Shown here one piece after another: positions 27,201-40,321 of a DNA stretch of 64,000 nt. Origin of the DNA: the human T2T-CHM13v2.0 reference genome, Homo sapiens. The stretch is from assembly GCA_009914755.4 (NCBI GenBank), contig CP068257.2, forward strand, positions 32,448,001 through 32,512,000. Reading direction: 5' to 3'. Every line of letters starts with the position of its first letter. The stretch's first letter is position 1. A program made the position numbers and the translations under genes. Below the pieces are notes generated by a model that was not told the DNA's origin, ran no database searches, and saw only the letters and a list, made by a program, of their open reading frames with translations.

Positions 27201-29001
27201 ATTTGTTTAAAAACTTGGAAGCTTTTGGGGGTGGGGAAGGTGGTCATAGAAATATGATCATCTTCAGGATTTGGCAGGTATGAAGTGATACAAACCTCAA
27301 CTTTTAAGATTTTTTTTTTTTTTTTTGCTTTTCTCTGGCAATCAATCTTATTTATGCCAGCCGTTGACACTTAGAAAGGATTTAAATCACTTTTCATAGC
27401 ATAATTATTGTATTGCTTAATGCTTTAAAAAGGCACGCAGATGGGATTGAGACATTTCTATCCAGGCAGTTTTTTCTGCATTAGACCTAAGAACCTAATT
27501 TTGTAGGGCAGTAGTCTCTAGGCATTATGTTTAGCTCCTTTTGTCAGTGAGAAGTGTGTTGTAAAGTTTCTAATACTGTGGTCTGTTTTGAACGGTTTTG
27601 AGAAGAGGTAGCTTTAGTATAATTTATAGGACTTAAAAGGAAAATGCCTAGAATCATCAGAAAAAGCATGGAAAAACATTCTTCTCTGAGGTTGCCTTAT
27701 TGGAAAAGGAGAAATCATTTAGAAGTTAATGTGTGGAAGGCATTAGGTTGAATAAAAATGTTTTTCGTATTGATCTGTCAGCTGCAATTACAATTAACTG
27801 AAAATTTAGTATTTGTCTCTTTTTCAGGAGAGAAGCCGTCAAATTTTAATACATTTAATTTTAGGTATATTTAAATGTCTGTTTTGCAGAGTGATTATCT
27901 TAATCCAGAACTGAAAAATTCCTGATGGTCCTACTGAAGATTTATCTAATGGTCCACAAATGTCTGTTTTGTTGAGGTTTGGCGGACATAATAATAAATC
28001 ATTTTTTAGTCTTCTGAAAACTTTTCTCCTCCTCCCTCTTTTCTCTGCTTCTTATACCCTTCAACAAAAAGCATTAAAAGGAAAACATAAAATCACGCCT
28101 TTAGTCAGTGCCGTTATCCTCTCAGAGGTTGTTTTGGAAATACTGCGTGATGAAAAGGAAGAGAAGGAAATTGCTTCTTTTAAAGTTTGCTTTTTATCTT
28201 CTTGCAGCATCTTCTAACTGGCAGAAATAATACAATTTTTGAGTTGTTTTGTAAGTTGGATATTTTTAGTTTTGTGTGGAATGTCGTGTTTCCCATTAGG
28301 GCAGGGGGCGTCTCACAAGATCTAGGTTACTGTATGACAACTATATCCATTTACTGGAGTTTAAGAAGCTTTATAACAATACATTTCCAGAGACTAGGCA
28401 GTACTTGGTTTTCTGTATTTAAATTTTCTGAGGGTAGATGATAACATCTAGTAAACACCACCTGCCTGTTCCATCCAGGACCCTAACTGGCCATAAAGTT
28501 ACCCCCAAACTCTCTTAGGATTCATAGTATTTTAAGATTTCATTTTTGTGCCCTTATTACGAATATAATTAGTGTTTTCTCCCCTTTAGGGTGCTTTAAG
28601 ATCTTAGTGCCTGTTCTAATCTGAGACTACCACAGTAAGACAAGAAAGGGCAATGCTGTGGTAGGCAGTTAGCTGCTGAAGTTAGGCCACTTAGTTATGA
28701 GGTTGATGAATTTTTGTCCTTAGTTCAAAATGATAATATTCTCACTGACAAAAGTATCAGCTGTGATCATATAGATTGCTCTTTCCTGTGGAACTGAAGT
28801 GTATTAAAAAAATTTTTTTTTCTTTTTATAAAGAATGTCTTGTTGCGCCGTGTTTGCTAGACTGAAAGTTTCCTCATCACGTGGTGAGACCCTCCTCTAA
28901 TTCAATCTTTGTCTTTTGTCTTTGCTGCCTTGCAGGGTTGGTACAGTAGGCTTCACTAGACTTAGCTGCAACTCAGAATTTCTCCTCCAGCACCTGAGTA
29001 A

Positions 29002-29031
29002 ATGCTGATGGTCTTGTGGAGAGTGGATTAA
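29002..29031 (+). other. uORF in the SLC5A3 leader (ATG CTG ATG GTC TTG TGG AGA GTG GAT TAA)
   Basis: An ATG within the predicted exon 2 5'UTR, with an in-frame stop before the main ATG. Confidence 0.4.
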
Positions 29032-29180
29032 GAGTACGAGCTAAGTTCTCAATCCCAATTAAGAAGCGGAAAATTTAAACTGTCTTCTTCAAAGTTTATC
29101 ACAACCACCACCATCAAGACAGCAAACCAAAGGACAAAGACTTTGACCTGCTGTGTTGCTCTGTGTAGTCCAGTTCACGT

Positions 29181-29210
29181 ATGGTTTACAGACTTGGCTG
29201 GGGTTACTAA
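29181..29210 (+). other. uORF in the SLC5A3 leader (MVYRLGWGY*), out of frame with the main ORF
   Basis: An ATG at 29181 with a stop TAA at 29208-29210, 60 nt upstream of the SMIT1 ATG. Confidence 0.4.
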
Positions 29211-29269
29211 AAATAAATAAAAAGTTGGACACTTCTGTCATTGGACGCTATTATTCACAAGTTACCAGA

Positions 29270-31426
29270 ATGAGAGCTGTACTGGACACAGCAGACATTG
29301 CCATAGTGGCCCTGTATTTTATCCTGGTCATGTGCATTGGTTTTTTTGCCATGTGGAAATCTAATAGAAGCACCGTGAGTGGATACTTCCTGGCGGGGCG
29401 CTCTATGACCTGGGTAGCAATTGGTGCCTCTCTGTTTGTGAGCAATATTGGGAGTGAGCACTTCATTGGGCTGGCAGGATCTGGAGCTGCAAGTGGATTT
29501 GCAGTGGGCGCATGGGAATTCAATGCCTTACTGCTTTTACAACTTCTGGGATGGGTTTTCATCCCAATTTACATCCGGTCAGGGGTATATACCATGCCTG
29601 AATACTTGTCCAAGCGATTTGGTGGCCATAGGATTCAGGTCTATTTTGCAGCCTTGTCTCTGATTCTCTATATTTTCACCAAGCTCTCGGTGGATCTGTA
29701 TTCGGGTGCCCTTTTTATCCAGGAGTCTTTGGGTTGGAATCTTTATGTGTCTGTCATCCTGCTCATTGGCATGACTGCTTTGCTGACTGTCACCGGAGGC
29801 CTTGTTGCAGTGATCTACACAGACACTCTGCAGGCTCTGCTCATGATCATTGGGGCACTTACACTTATGATTATTAGCATAATGGAGATTGGCGGGTTTG
29901 AGGAAGTTAAGAGAAGGTACATGTTGGCCTCACCCGATGTCACTTCCATCTTATTGACATACAACCTTTCCAACACAAATTCTTGTAATGTCTCCCCTAA
30001 GAAAGAAGCCCTGAAAATGCTGCGGAATCCAACAGATGAAGATGTTCCTTGGCCTGGATTCATTCTTGGGCAGACCCCAGCTTCAGTATGGTACTGGTGT
30101 GCTGACCAAGTCATCGTGCAGAGGGTCCTTGCAGCCAAAAACATTGCTCATGCCAAAGGCTCTACTCTTATGGCTGGCTTCTTAAAGCTCCTGCCAATGT
30201 TTATCATAGTTGTCCCAGGAATGATTTCCAGGATACTGTTTACTGATGATATAGCTTGCATCAACCCAGAGCACTGCATGCTGGTGTGTGGAAGCAGAGC
30301 TGGTTGCTCCAATATTGCTTACCCACGCCTGGTGATGAAGCTGGTTCCTGTGGGCCTTCGGGGTTTAATGATGGCAGTGATGATTGCAGCTCTGATGAGT
30401 GACTTAGACTCTATCTTTAACAGTGCCAGTACCATATTCACCCTCGATGTGTACAAACTTATCCGCAAGAGCGCAAGCTCCCGGGAGTTAATGATTGTGG
30501 GGAGGATATTTGTGGCATTTATGGTGGTGATCAGCATAGCATGGGTGCCAATCATCGTGGAGATGCAAGGAGGCCAGATGTACCTTTACATTCAGGAGGT
30601 AGCAGATTACCTGACACCCCCAGTGGCAGCCTTGTTCCTGCTGGCAATTTTCTGGAAGCGCTGCAATGAACAAGGGGCTTTCTATGGTGGAATGGCTGGC
30701 TTTGTTCTTGGAGCAGTCCGTTTGATACTGGCCTTTGCCTACCGTGCCCCAGAATGTGACCAACCTGATAATAGGCCGGGCTTCATCAAAGACATCCATT
30801 ATATGTATGTGGCCACAGGATTGTTTTGGGTCACGGGACTCATTACTGTAATTGTGAGCCTTCTCACACCACCTCCCACAAAGGAACAGATTCGAACCAC
30901 CACCTTTTGGTCTAAGAAGAACCTGGTGGTGAAGGAGAACTGCTCCCCAAAAGAGGAACCATACAAAATGCAAGAAAAGAGCATTCTGAGATGCAGTGAG
31001 AATAATGAGACCATCAACCACATCATTCCCAACGGGAAATCTGAAGACAGCATTAAGGGCCTTCAGCCTGAAGATGTTAATCTGTTGGTAACCTGCAGAG
31101 AGGAGGGCAACCCAGTGGCATCCTTAGGTCATTCAGAGGCAGAAACACCAGTTGACGCTTACTCCAATGGGCAAGCAGCTCTCATGGGTGAGAAAGAGAG
31201 AAAGAAAGAAACGGATGATGGAGGTCGGTACTGGAAGTTCATAGACTGGTTTTGTGGCTTTAAAAGTAAGAGCCTCAGCAAGAGGAGTCTCAGAGACCTG
31301 ATGGAAGAGGAGGCTGTTTGTTTACAGATGCTAGAAGAGACTCGGCAAGTTAAAGTAATACTAAATATTGGACTTTTTGCTGTGTGTTCACTTGGAATTT
31401 TCATGTTTGTTTATTTCTCCTTATGA
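29270..31426 (+). CDS. SLC5A3: Sodium/myo-inositol cotransporter 1 (SMIT1), SLC5 sodium:solute symporter family; complete intronless CDS of 718 aa plus stop
   Basis: ORF track 29153-31426 is a 757-aa frame whose first codon is GTG. The first in-frame ATG is at 29270 (MRAVLDTADIAIVALYFILVMCIGFF...), with A at -3. From that ATG the translation matches my recollection of human SMIT1 along its full length (718 aa, ending ...FMFVYFSL). Multi-pass hydrophobic character fits an SSF transporter. No introns. Confidence 0.95.
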   Translation: MRAVLDTADIAIVALYFILVMCIGFFAMWKSNRSTVSGYFLAGRSMTWVAIGASLFVSNIGSEHFIGLAGSGAASGFAVGAWEFNALLLLQLLGWVFIPIYIRSGVYTMPEYLSKRFGGHRIQVYFAALSLILYIFTKLSVDLYSGALFIQESLGWNLYVSVILLIGMTALLTVTGGLVAVIYTDTLQALLMIIGALTLMIISIMEIGGFEEVKRRYMLASPDVTSILLTYNLSNTNSCNVSPKKEALKMLRNPTDEDVPWPGFILGQTPASVWYWCADQVIVQRVLAAKNIAHAKGSTLMAGFLKLLPMFIIVVPGMISRILFTDDIACINPEHCMLVCGSRAGCSNIAYPRLVMKLVPVGLRGLMMAVMIAALMSDLDSIFNSASTIFTLDVYKLIRKSASSRELMIVGRIFVAFMVVISIAWVPIIVEMQGGQMYLYIQEVADYLTPPVAALFLLAIFWKRCNEQGAFYGGMAGFVLGAVRLILAFAYRAPECDQPDNRPGFIKDIHYMYVATGLFWVTGLITVIVSLLTPPPTKEQIRTTTFWSKKNLVVKENCSPKEEPYKMQEKSILRCSENNETINHIIPNGKSEDSIKGLQPEDVNLLVTCREEGNPVASLGHSEAETPVDAYSNGQAALMGEKERKKETDDGGRYWKFIDWFCGFKSKSLSKRSLRDLMEEEAVCLQMLEETRQVKVILNIGLFAVCSLGIFMFVYFSL

Positions 31427-34400
31427 ACTTAAGGATATGGTGAGACACTAACTTAAGACAATACTGACTGGTCTTTGGGGAAAAAAAGTTATGTAACTGT
31501 TGCATCTCTCAGGCATTGTTTACGCTGTAGGTTTTAGCCAAATTTTACTTAGCAGAAAATCATCTAATTACAAGACTTTATTTTCCCAGAGATGGATTAA
31601 AGTAAATCTTCAACTTAAGTGAAGCAAAACCTAACAGACTGAATTGTGCAAATGTGGTTTTAAATTTTGCATACCAAAGTAAGAAGAGACCAATTATTCT
31701 CACAGAGCACTTAGAGCAGAATATATGTTAAGTTACCATGAATTAAGGTATACTGTCTGCACTGCCAAGTCTTGGCAGACCTTACCCTGAAGTAGAAGAT
31801 TTGCTCATTTCTAAATTTTTTTTTCTGTCTCTGTAATCCCTCCTACCATTAAGAAAAACTTATTTCTTAGACATTGTACAATCAGTTATGTACTGAAAAT
31901 CGAATGTGCTTGTGTGATACTTGTTTCAGGACAAGTTCATTTGCCAGGTTCATTTTGTTAGCATGAGCCTACGGATTCTGATTGCCAAAAGAAAGAATGT
32001 TTTCCTGTAGGTATTTTTGTACCACCAGTATATGGAATGTTAGGGAAAAACTTTGTTCCAGTTCCTTTTTTTTTTTCTTTCTACTTTCAAGTTTAAGTGA
32101 ACCATACTGAAATGACCAACAAGTCTGCCTGTAAAGTTACATGTCATGATTGTGTTGTTAAATGATTATGGGGGAGAAAATGAAGTAAATGTTGCTGATG
32201 ATCCCCATATTTATTGATCATATTAAGGTTGTTTATATAGTTTGGAAATGACCAGCCCCCTAAGCAGTGTTTGATTAACTTATGCTAATCAGATGATTAC
32301 TCATATATTCTGCTAATTTTCTAGCTTTATTCTTGTTATTTGGAAAAATTATTAGCCAAATGCCTTCCTAGGTGGATCCAGTTGGAAGATATGTCCAGAA
32401 ACCTGAAGAAAAATTGACGCTGCCTTTGTGTGCTGGATTGCTCTACTTGATTAGATCATGATATATCAAGGTTGAATTTTTAGAGGGAAAATTTAATTCT
32501 GATATCTTATTGCATCCTTGATAAGTTTTTCCCTGATTTTTTTTTTCCTCAAAAGACTTTCCATCTGTACACAGCCTCTACATTTTTGTTGTAGTGACTT
32601 AGAGCATAAGGATGTTTCAGTGCAAACTGGCCGTCGGTAACAGAAAACTCAGTGCATACTTTGCTGTTGTTAGGTTGTCAATATAGTCTTTCTGTAGGAT
32701 GGATAGCATGTTTGAGAGGTGCCAAACAAGAACTTTTGGGGTTAGTAGTGTGTCTTGTGGAGGGTATTACAGGACTGTGTAATTATAGGACTCTAACTTG
32801 ACATGGCTTGGCACCCACTTGCAGCTAGTGGGTACAGGGTACAAAAGATGTTAGAGAAAAGCTCTACAGATTACGTACTTCTGTGTCTTCGTATGCTCAA
32901 CACTGTCCTTTGTCCTCCATGAAAGATGAAGGAAGCAAATTATGTATGTACTTTCTTTGACCTTCTTTAATCTCTGATACTTTTTAGATTGCATGATTTT
33001 ACTAGGCTTGTATTTAGGGAAATTACTTTCATAAATACTTTTGTAGATTTTGAATCAAAACTCAGTCTTTTTAATTTTTTTGTAGTCTATAAACTAGTTT
33101 CATTATGATGGACTTGATTAGTCCAAAGTTAATTTTAGAAATTGTCAGGTAGCATAGTGTCTTCCCATGATCAGGAGGCTTTCTGAAGGACTGAGTCTGT
33201 AAATGAAAAAATAATTTATGTATGAATAGCATGTATTTCTGAAGAGCTTAGAGTGCCTTGTAGAATTTTTTTCTCAATTTTATTCTTGAGGTTTATAATT
33301 TGGGGGCCAAATAGATAGAGCTCATCATTTTCTTGTTTGGAAGTTGAGGCTGCGACATGTCCAAGGTTATGAAGTCTCTTTTGGGAAGAACAGAAACCAG
33401 GTCTCCAAATCTGGACTCATGGTTTGTTCAGATGTGTCTGGACAAATGGTTGTCAATGTTTTGTCCTGTTTTTTCAAAGGAACTGTTCTTCCTTTGGGAC
33501 AACCTTTTGGTGTTTGGGAAAGTAATAAGATCTTGGATTTTTCAAATTAACATTAAGTTGTAAGAACTAAAATTTTCTTTGAACCACATTACTGTGTAAT
33601 TCACTGATAATTGACATATTGGCTGGGCAGCCTATCTCTTCCATATCCAGCGTAAATGAATAGGAGGTGTTTGTGATTTTTTTTTTCTCCCTTTATTTAA
33701 CATTGAGTCCTAGTAGTTTGGAGAATTAGGGTCCCTCTACCTTCTTTCTGCTCTTGTCTTAGTAAGATACATAAGGTACATCATCTTGTGTCTGTGTGTA
33801 TATAGCAGTAGGTCAAGTTTAGAGTACTAAAGTCTGTAAATAAGGAATGACTATTAGCATATTCATTAGAATTGTTTATTCTTGCCAGTATAAACATCAT
33901 TTTATTTAGACTAAAGTCCCTGAAGCTTGTCTTTCTTATTGCTTCCCAGTAATAGATAATGTGCTCGAGTAAGTTTGTGAATTGCTGATTGCAACTTAAT
34001 TCAGGGACCAGTCTTCAATCTATATTTCATTAGAATGATTGTTCCTGGAATGATCATACATGGACTGTCTTAAGCTAGCAAAATGTTCATACTTTACACT
34101 GACTAAATGGGTCCTAAATGATGACATTGGTCTTTAGACATTAACATGTGTATATTTTTATATTAGCTCAAGCTAAGGTTCAGAATTGAAGCTTGATATT
34201 GACTAGAATAGCTAAAAGTCAAAATGAGGTGAGGACACTGGTCTTGGAAGGTAGAGAAAAATAAATGTCTTACCAGGTGTTAATGGTATCCCCAGTTCTT
34301 AGACTTTTGTCTTCTCAGGCAATTTTCATCTCAAGATCTGATGAGAAGGGCATATTACATTGGTATGCAGGATGATTATTGCATATTTTGTGGGACCTCT

Positions 34401-37400
34401 AATTTCCCTGGTCATCTTTCAGAATATTCTGTTCTGCCACCCCCAGAGAGTAAACACTTGAGCCGATTTCTTCTTCCCCAGCTATTCTTTCCTGGGGGTA
34501 ATTATGCTTTGTCTTTAGATTAGAGAAGCATCAAGCAATAGCAATGGTGCTGTGTCCTTCGGCCTAAATTCAATAGATCTCATCTCCTAGGGCTTCCTTT
34601 TCACTTGGCTCAAAGGATCCATTGTATTTTGGCACAAAGAGCCTGGCCAGGGTCATGTAGCCATAGCTCTTAGGGATGATACCTCAAGAAATTAGCTGGG
34701 ACCCATCACTCTGTGAAACTTCACATTTTAAGAACTGAGTTGAGGGGGTTGTTATGCACTTCTGTAACTTGAGGCTAAGCAAGGGGTTAACTCTTGTGAG
34801 AGCCAATAGAGTGTGTCTGTATTCGCAGTCCATGGCTCATTTTCTTTATAGTAGGCATATGGATCTTCCCCTCTGACTTTGAATATCATTTGGTGTGGCC
34901 TGTGGGTTATTTTCATTCTTTACCACCAAATAAAGCGGCTTATTAGCTACTCAGTTACTTGCTACTCAAAGGTTAGGTCTTCCCTGTTCCTGCTTGGCAG
35001 TGTTAAAGCTTACAGGGTTAACTTATGATGATTCTCCTGGCTCATTTTCATCAGAGGCATGATGACTGGAAAGGGATCACATGGGTCGTTGGTGGTGACA
35101 CCTCACTGTTTCCTAGGTTTGGATAGAGAGATGTATACAAGACCTTTCCTGTTAAATTACGTGACTACAGAGACTTGCCAGGACAAAATTTTCCTAAGAA
35201 ATCAGAAAAATGATTAAGTGAGATAAGTACCTGGGTGACACAGATATTAGCCCGTTGGTAAAAGACAACAAATATTAGCTTAAAATCTGCATATGTAGAA
35301 TCATTTTCATTAGATTTAGAGCTTGAAGCACCTTGGCTCTCAGCTACTTTAAACTCCTCCCCATATAAATCAGGGCACCAATAAATAAGTTTCAGCTTTT
35401 TAAACCCTGGTTTGATGTTAAGCATTATAAAGTACGAAGTTTGTTACCACAGTAGAGATAATTTAGTAGAAAAATGCTTTGAGGCTTCAGTATTTGTAAG
35501 ATTTTGCATTAGCCAGATGCTAGGTTGTTGAAGGCATTTCAGTGTTGATAATAGCCTGAGCAGACTTCTTTACAAATGGGATCTGTTTCTATATGTGTAT
35601 ATGCCCACTTACCATTCAGAGAGACTGGTCTTTCTCTTTGTCTTCCTTCACATTGCTGTGTCAGTTCTACACCTAGTCTTTTCAGCACTTAGCAAATTCA
35701 AATTTTGATTTTTTTGTCAGCTTAGTTCACTTTAAGGCATATTGGCATGGTGTGTGAAAGTGATGTTTTGCCCCAGTATTGAGGACTTTTAGATCCAAAT
35801 AATGACTCATTAAATATAATTATGTTTTAAGTATACTGAATTTCTGTTAGCTTAAAATGTTAATTCTCAGGAATGATTTTCTCACACTTTGTGTTGGCTA
35901 ATAATAAAAGCACTGTTTTATTCTCAAAACTCCTTTTTCAAAAATTAGGGAGAGAGCAGTAGTGATCATTTATGTGAGCCCCTTTGAAATGATGGTGTCA
36001 GAGTGCAGAGAAACAATGGAGTTTTGATGCCAAAAAGGTTTTTTTGCAGTAAAAGTAAAAATTTGGAATTAGTTGGCATATAGAGGAACCCTTTTGTACT
36101 GGAACGTATGAGGCTGGATTGTGAAAAGGTAATCTTTCGATTGCTAGACTTGGTTAACTTAGGGCTGCAAATCTTTTTCTTCTGTCAAGGTCACTTAATA
36201 TGGAATGTTTTTGTCAGACTGTCCTTTGTTGGAATACTTTAGCTGTTCAGCTACTTTGACTCCTAGGAGAGAATTTAGTTAAGGTTCAAAGTAATTAACT
36301 GGCTTTGCCAGTGGTGAGTCCCACACCATTATTCACTTAGTAGTCATATAAATGTTTTTATTTAAACTTCTCTCTCTTCAATGCTGAGAATAAGGCTTTA
36401 AATTACTGATTCACCTTTAAAGGAATGTTGTGAGAATTGATGTAATTTCTGTTTCTGTTTCCATCTAAACTTCTTTATAAAAAGAGGGATTAGTTTTTTT
36501 GTTTTGGGGTAAGCACCTAATTTATCCAGTAACCAACAACCCTAACCATTGGCATATATAGTCTTTCACTCAGAAATAAACAAAAACTGTTTGGTATATC
36601 TGTATCATTGCTAATCTTGTGCACTTTACTTTTTGGGCAGTACCATACATAGTCTGAGGCTATTGACTTAAACCAATAACTGTACTTTATGTAATGACTC
36701 TTAAATTTGGTTACCTGGGTTCACAGCTTGCTTGAAGAGAAAGGATGCTAGAATAAAGTAAGCAGCTGAAGAGCGAGCAAATCAAGACAAAACACAGTGG
36801 TCTCAGATTTTTCGTAGTGTGGGAACAGTGGTTTTGCTCTATACCACTGAAAAGCACTATAACATAATTGTTGTCCATGATACTGAAGCTTTTCCCCTCA
36901 CTTCTAGGTTGTTTACATTCAGAGCTCTATCAATAAGAGGAATACATATTACAGTGAATTCGACAACCGCACAAGTTGGCAGTAGGTATCCCCAACCTAA
37001 TTTATCTTGGTAAATTCACCCTGTTTCCTAGTGCTGCTGGATAAAAGAGTGTTTACTTTTTATTGCTCTTAGACAGAGTAGTCTAGATAAGTTTTCAATT
37101 TATCAACATAGCCTAGACTTCTGTAAGTGGAATGTTCATTAGTAACTCATCTTTTTGTTGTTATAATTGGAAACAGAAACGAGGCTTATTGCTATTGCAG
37201 AAATCCCAAACTGGCAAAGGCCAGTATATATGGTATTCCATAATATAACCAGCTTTTGAAATTTATGTGTTTGGATTAGTGCCTTCTGGTTACCAGTATT
37301 GACTCTGCTAGTTTGCACCTTTCCGTTCTTAACAGAAAATTTGTATTTGTTATTCCTCTTAAATTTTGTCGTAACTAGTGAAGGAAGTAAAAAAAAAAAA

Positions 37401-40315
37401 AAAACATGCATTACATTGACATACTTTATGTGCAGCCTTTATTTAGGTTCAGTGAAACCAGGTAGTTCTGTATTTGTGTTGTAGCCTAAATGTTGTTTCT
37501 TTTATATCCATTAAAAACTTAAAGTTACTTATGTTCTGTGATCTTAATTTTGTTGTGTTTCCATTGTAGGTTGATAGGTATATCGAGAACAGGTACGTGA
37601 CAACAGTTTATATTCCATGATAGAAAGCTAAAGTCCATAGAAAGCACAAAATCGTGTTCACACATTAGTGTACCCACACATAGAAAGCACAAGACTAATA
37701 GTATTCTCTGTATCCCACAAGTGCCAGTCATAAAGGCCACCAGGTATTTGTCTCAGAGTTGCTATGAGCACTACAGTATTGATAAGCCCAAGACAATGCG
37801 GTATCTAAACTGGTCCTAATGGTAAGGGACCCAAAGGAATAATCTCAATAAGTTTGTACCACATTGATGGAGGGAGAGAATATAAATGTCAAGAATGCCA
37901 AAATTATATTTGGGGGTTACTAGCTAAAATGGGGTTTGAGGGCTTTTTACTGCAACTTGAAACTGGAGAAATAGGGACAGATGTCTAGGTTTTTGGTGGG
38001 TGGAACAGGTGACATATTTCTGTTTTAAGCTGTAGTGTGATTGGGGTTTTTTGTAAAAAATCTTAAATCTTTTAGGAAATATTACCTCTTAACAGTGCCC
38101 CCCCAAACATGCAGAAAGTCATACTTTAACAGGGCAAATACTACTTGTCTTTGATTTTTTTTGTGTACGTTTGTATGTGAGAGATGAAGTTACCTTTATT
38201 TTTTTCCTATACTTGACTGTGCTTCATTTTAATAAAGGATAATTTGATCTGAGTGTTCTGAGCATCAGACTAATTCTGAAGCATATTTGCTAGAGGAGCT
38301 ACTTTGCTTTTCACAATGGGGTGGAGAGGATTCTTTCACTTGTCCCATTAACCCTCTTCTAGTCTAGATGAGATGAAATCTGTTAATGTGTGTGTAGAAG
38401 AAAACGTATGTTCTTCTACTCAGCATTGCCCTTTTCCACCTCCTCACTTCACCTCCGAGTAGCTTGTTTATCAAGAATGAATGAATGTCTTTGTCTTAAA
38501 TTTTGCCCATGTGTTAAAAGATGTAATTCTCAGAATGGGAGAGAAATGACTACCTTTGTTCCTACTCTTTTATATAATTATCCTTTTAGGGAAAGACTTG
38601 GTCAACTCTAATATATCTAGAAGGAAGACTATATCTGGTGTAGACTAATATGAGATGTTTTAGAAGAGTTAACCTGAACACTTTGAGGGAGAGATTATTC
38701 TTGCCAGCAAAAAGCTAGCCAGGAATGAGCCTACCACATTATTTGAGAATATCAAACCTCAGGCCTGGGGGGATGAGGGGAAGAAGATTACCAGAAGTGC
38801 AGGAAAGAGAAGTTTGAGGAACACCCTTGGCTTAGCAACATGTGATAATGCAAAGCTGTTATAACCTGTTAATCCTACGTACTATGTGTTCTGTACCTTT
38901 ACATGTTTTTAAATTTAAGATAGTTTGTAAGAACTGTACAAAAAAATGCTTCTGGAGATTTCTTTGGCAGAAATGCCTTTCATCTATAATTTCATGGAGA
39001 ACTGCTTTAATTAGCCTAGGTGAAAAGTAGTCCTAGCAGTGTAAATATGTATAATTAGAGTTTTCTAATTTCACTGTGAGATCTCTAACTTTTGAGTGGC
39101 AAACAGATCAAGTCTTTTGCTCATAGACTTTTCTGTGGGGTTATTAAAATGCAAAAGCTTTATTTTTTTTAATAATGCCATACTCCATTAGTGTCAGATG
39201 ATGGTATGGAATTTGTTCCCTTGCTTTCCCCCACTGTTACTGCTTCAGTTTATAGATTGCCAGCAGAGTTCAGAAATAGAGCAGGGATTTACCCGTTCTT
39301 TGCTTGGACATCCCATTTTCTTTTGTCCAGACCCATGTTGGCAATCATGTATGAACTGTGTTATACTTCTCAGTGCTTTCTTTTTTCTTTTTGATAAGAT
39401 GGATATCAAAAATAGTTGCTGTGCAAAAGTTAGTAGTCTTCTTCAAGAAGAAAACCAATTCTTTTTCTAATAATATCCTGTGAAATTGCTTCATTCATTC
39501 ATTTATTTTTAAGCCAAATGTCAGCAGAGTGCTGCTGCTTTTATCTAGTAATTTTGATATGTAAGTATTAATGCATTTTTAAAAGATGTCTACATTGAAA
39601 CATGTTCTTCCCAGTGTCCTGCTTATGATGCTTTGTTCAGATTTTTTGTAAGAGACCAGTTAGTACACTGGGGGTGTATATTGTGTACATGTGTCATTTT
39701 AGTTAGGCATTGTAGGCCAAATGTGATTATAAATGAAGTTGATGAACATTAATTTTGTTATTAGTGAGTTTTTTGAATTGTAAATGGATTTCCAGTTTAC
39801 CTTCTGTTGTCTACAGCTTTTTTAATTTTAAGGTTTGACTAATTGTATCCATCTCATTGTACAGTGTTTTAGTTGCAAGCAGAAAGTAGAATTTGGTATA
39901 AAGCAGGTTATTTCTATATTGAAAGGAGTACAGTTGAAATTGTAGATTTAAGATTGTTAAAATCATGACAATTCTAACTTGTCTATTCTAACCTATTGTG
40001 TACAATCTGATTTTTTAAAATTGTAAACATGTATGATCTTGGTTTCATGTGTTTTTGAAAGTGTTATTGTTTAAAAAATGAAAAAAGCATATCTGCTAAA
40101 GAGCTGTCAGTTTTCATTACTGACTCTGTAAAATACACTGTTCTTTGTGTACTGTGTGTTATTTTGCCAGCTGCTGCATTAGCCTTCAAAAGTATTTGGA
40201 AACTTAAGATGAACTACATTTCTTGCAAAGTACATTCCTTTCTGTGGTATTTTGTCCTGTAACTGAAGTATAGTAATTATTTTATGGAAATGTTAGCAAT
40301 TCTGTACCAACTTTG

Positions 40316-40321
40316 AATAAA
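40316..40321 (+). terminator. SLC5A3: Distal polyadenylation signal AATAAA, the candidate 3' end of the long SLC5A3 transcript
   Basis: gaataaaatgaaaaatttatatttctgtgactaagtattttcag has a U-rich downstream region. The distance from exon 2 start fits an 11-12 kb mRNA. Confidence 0.4.

Noticed and set aside
26426-28390. Matches to the tonicity-responsive enhancer consensus TGGAAANNYNY in intron 1 upstream of the SLC5A3 exon (26426 TGGAAAAATCT, 27669 TGGAAAAACAT, about 28380 on the minus strand TGGAAATGTAT)
   Set aside because: SLC5A3 is TonEBP/NFAT5-regulated, so this is tempting. But the degenerate 11-mer is expected about 3 times by chance in this 20 kb of AT-rich sequence. The published TonEs were mapped 5' of exon 1, not here. 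I cannot distinguish these from noise without ChIP or conservation data.
29251-31404. Antisense ORFs overlapping the SLC5A3 CDS (for example 30488-31021, 177 aa, minus strand; 29815-30144; 30799-31053)
   Set aside because: They lie opposite a bona fide conserved CDS, lack a Kozak context, and are typical shadow ORFs.
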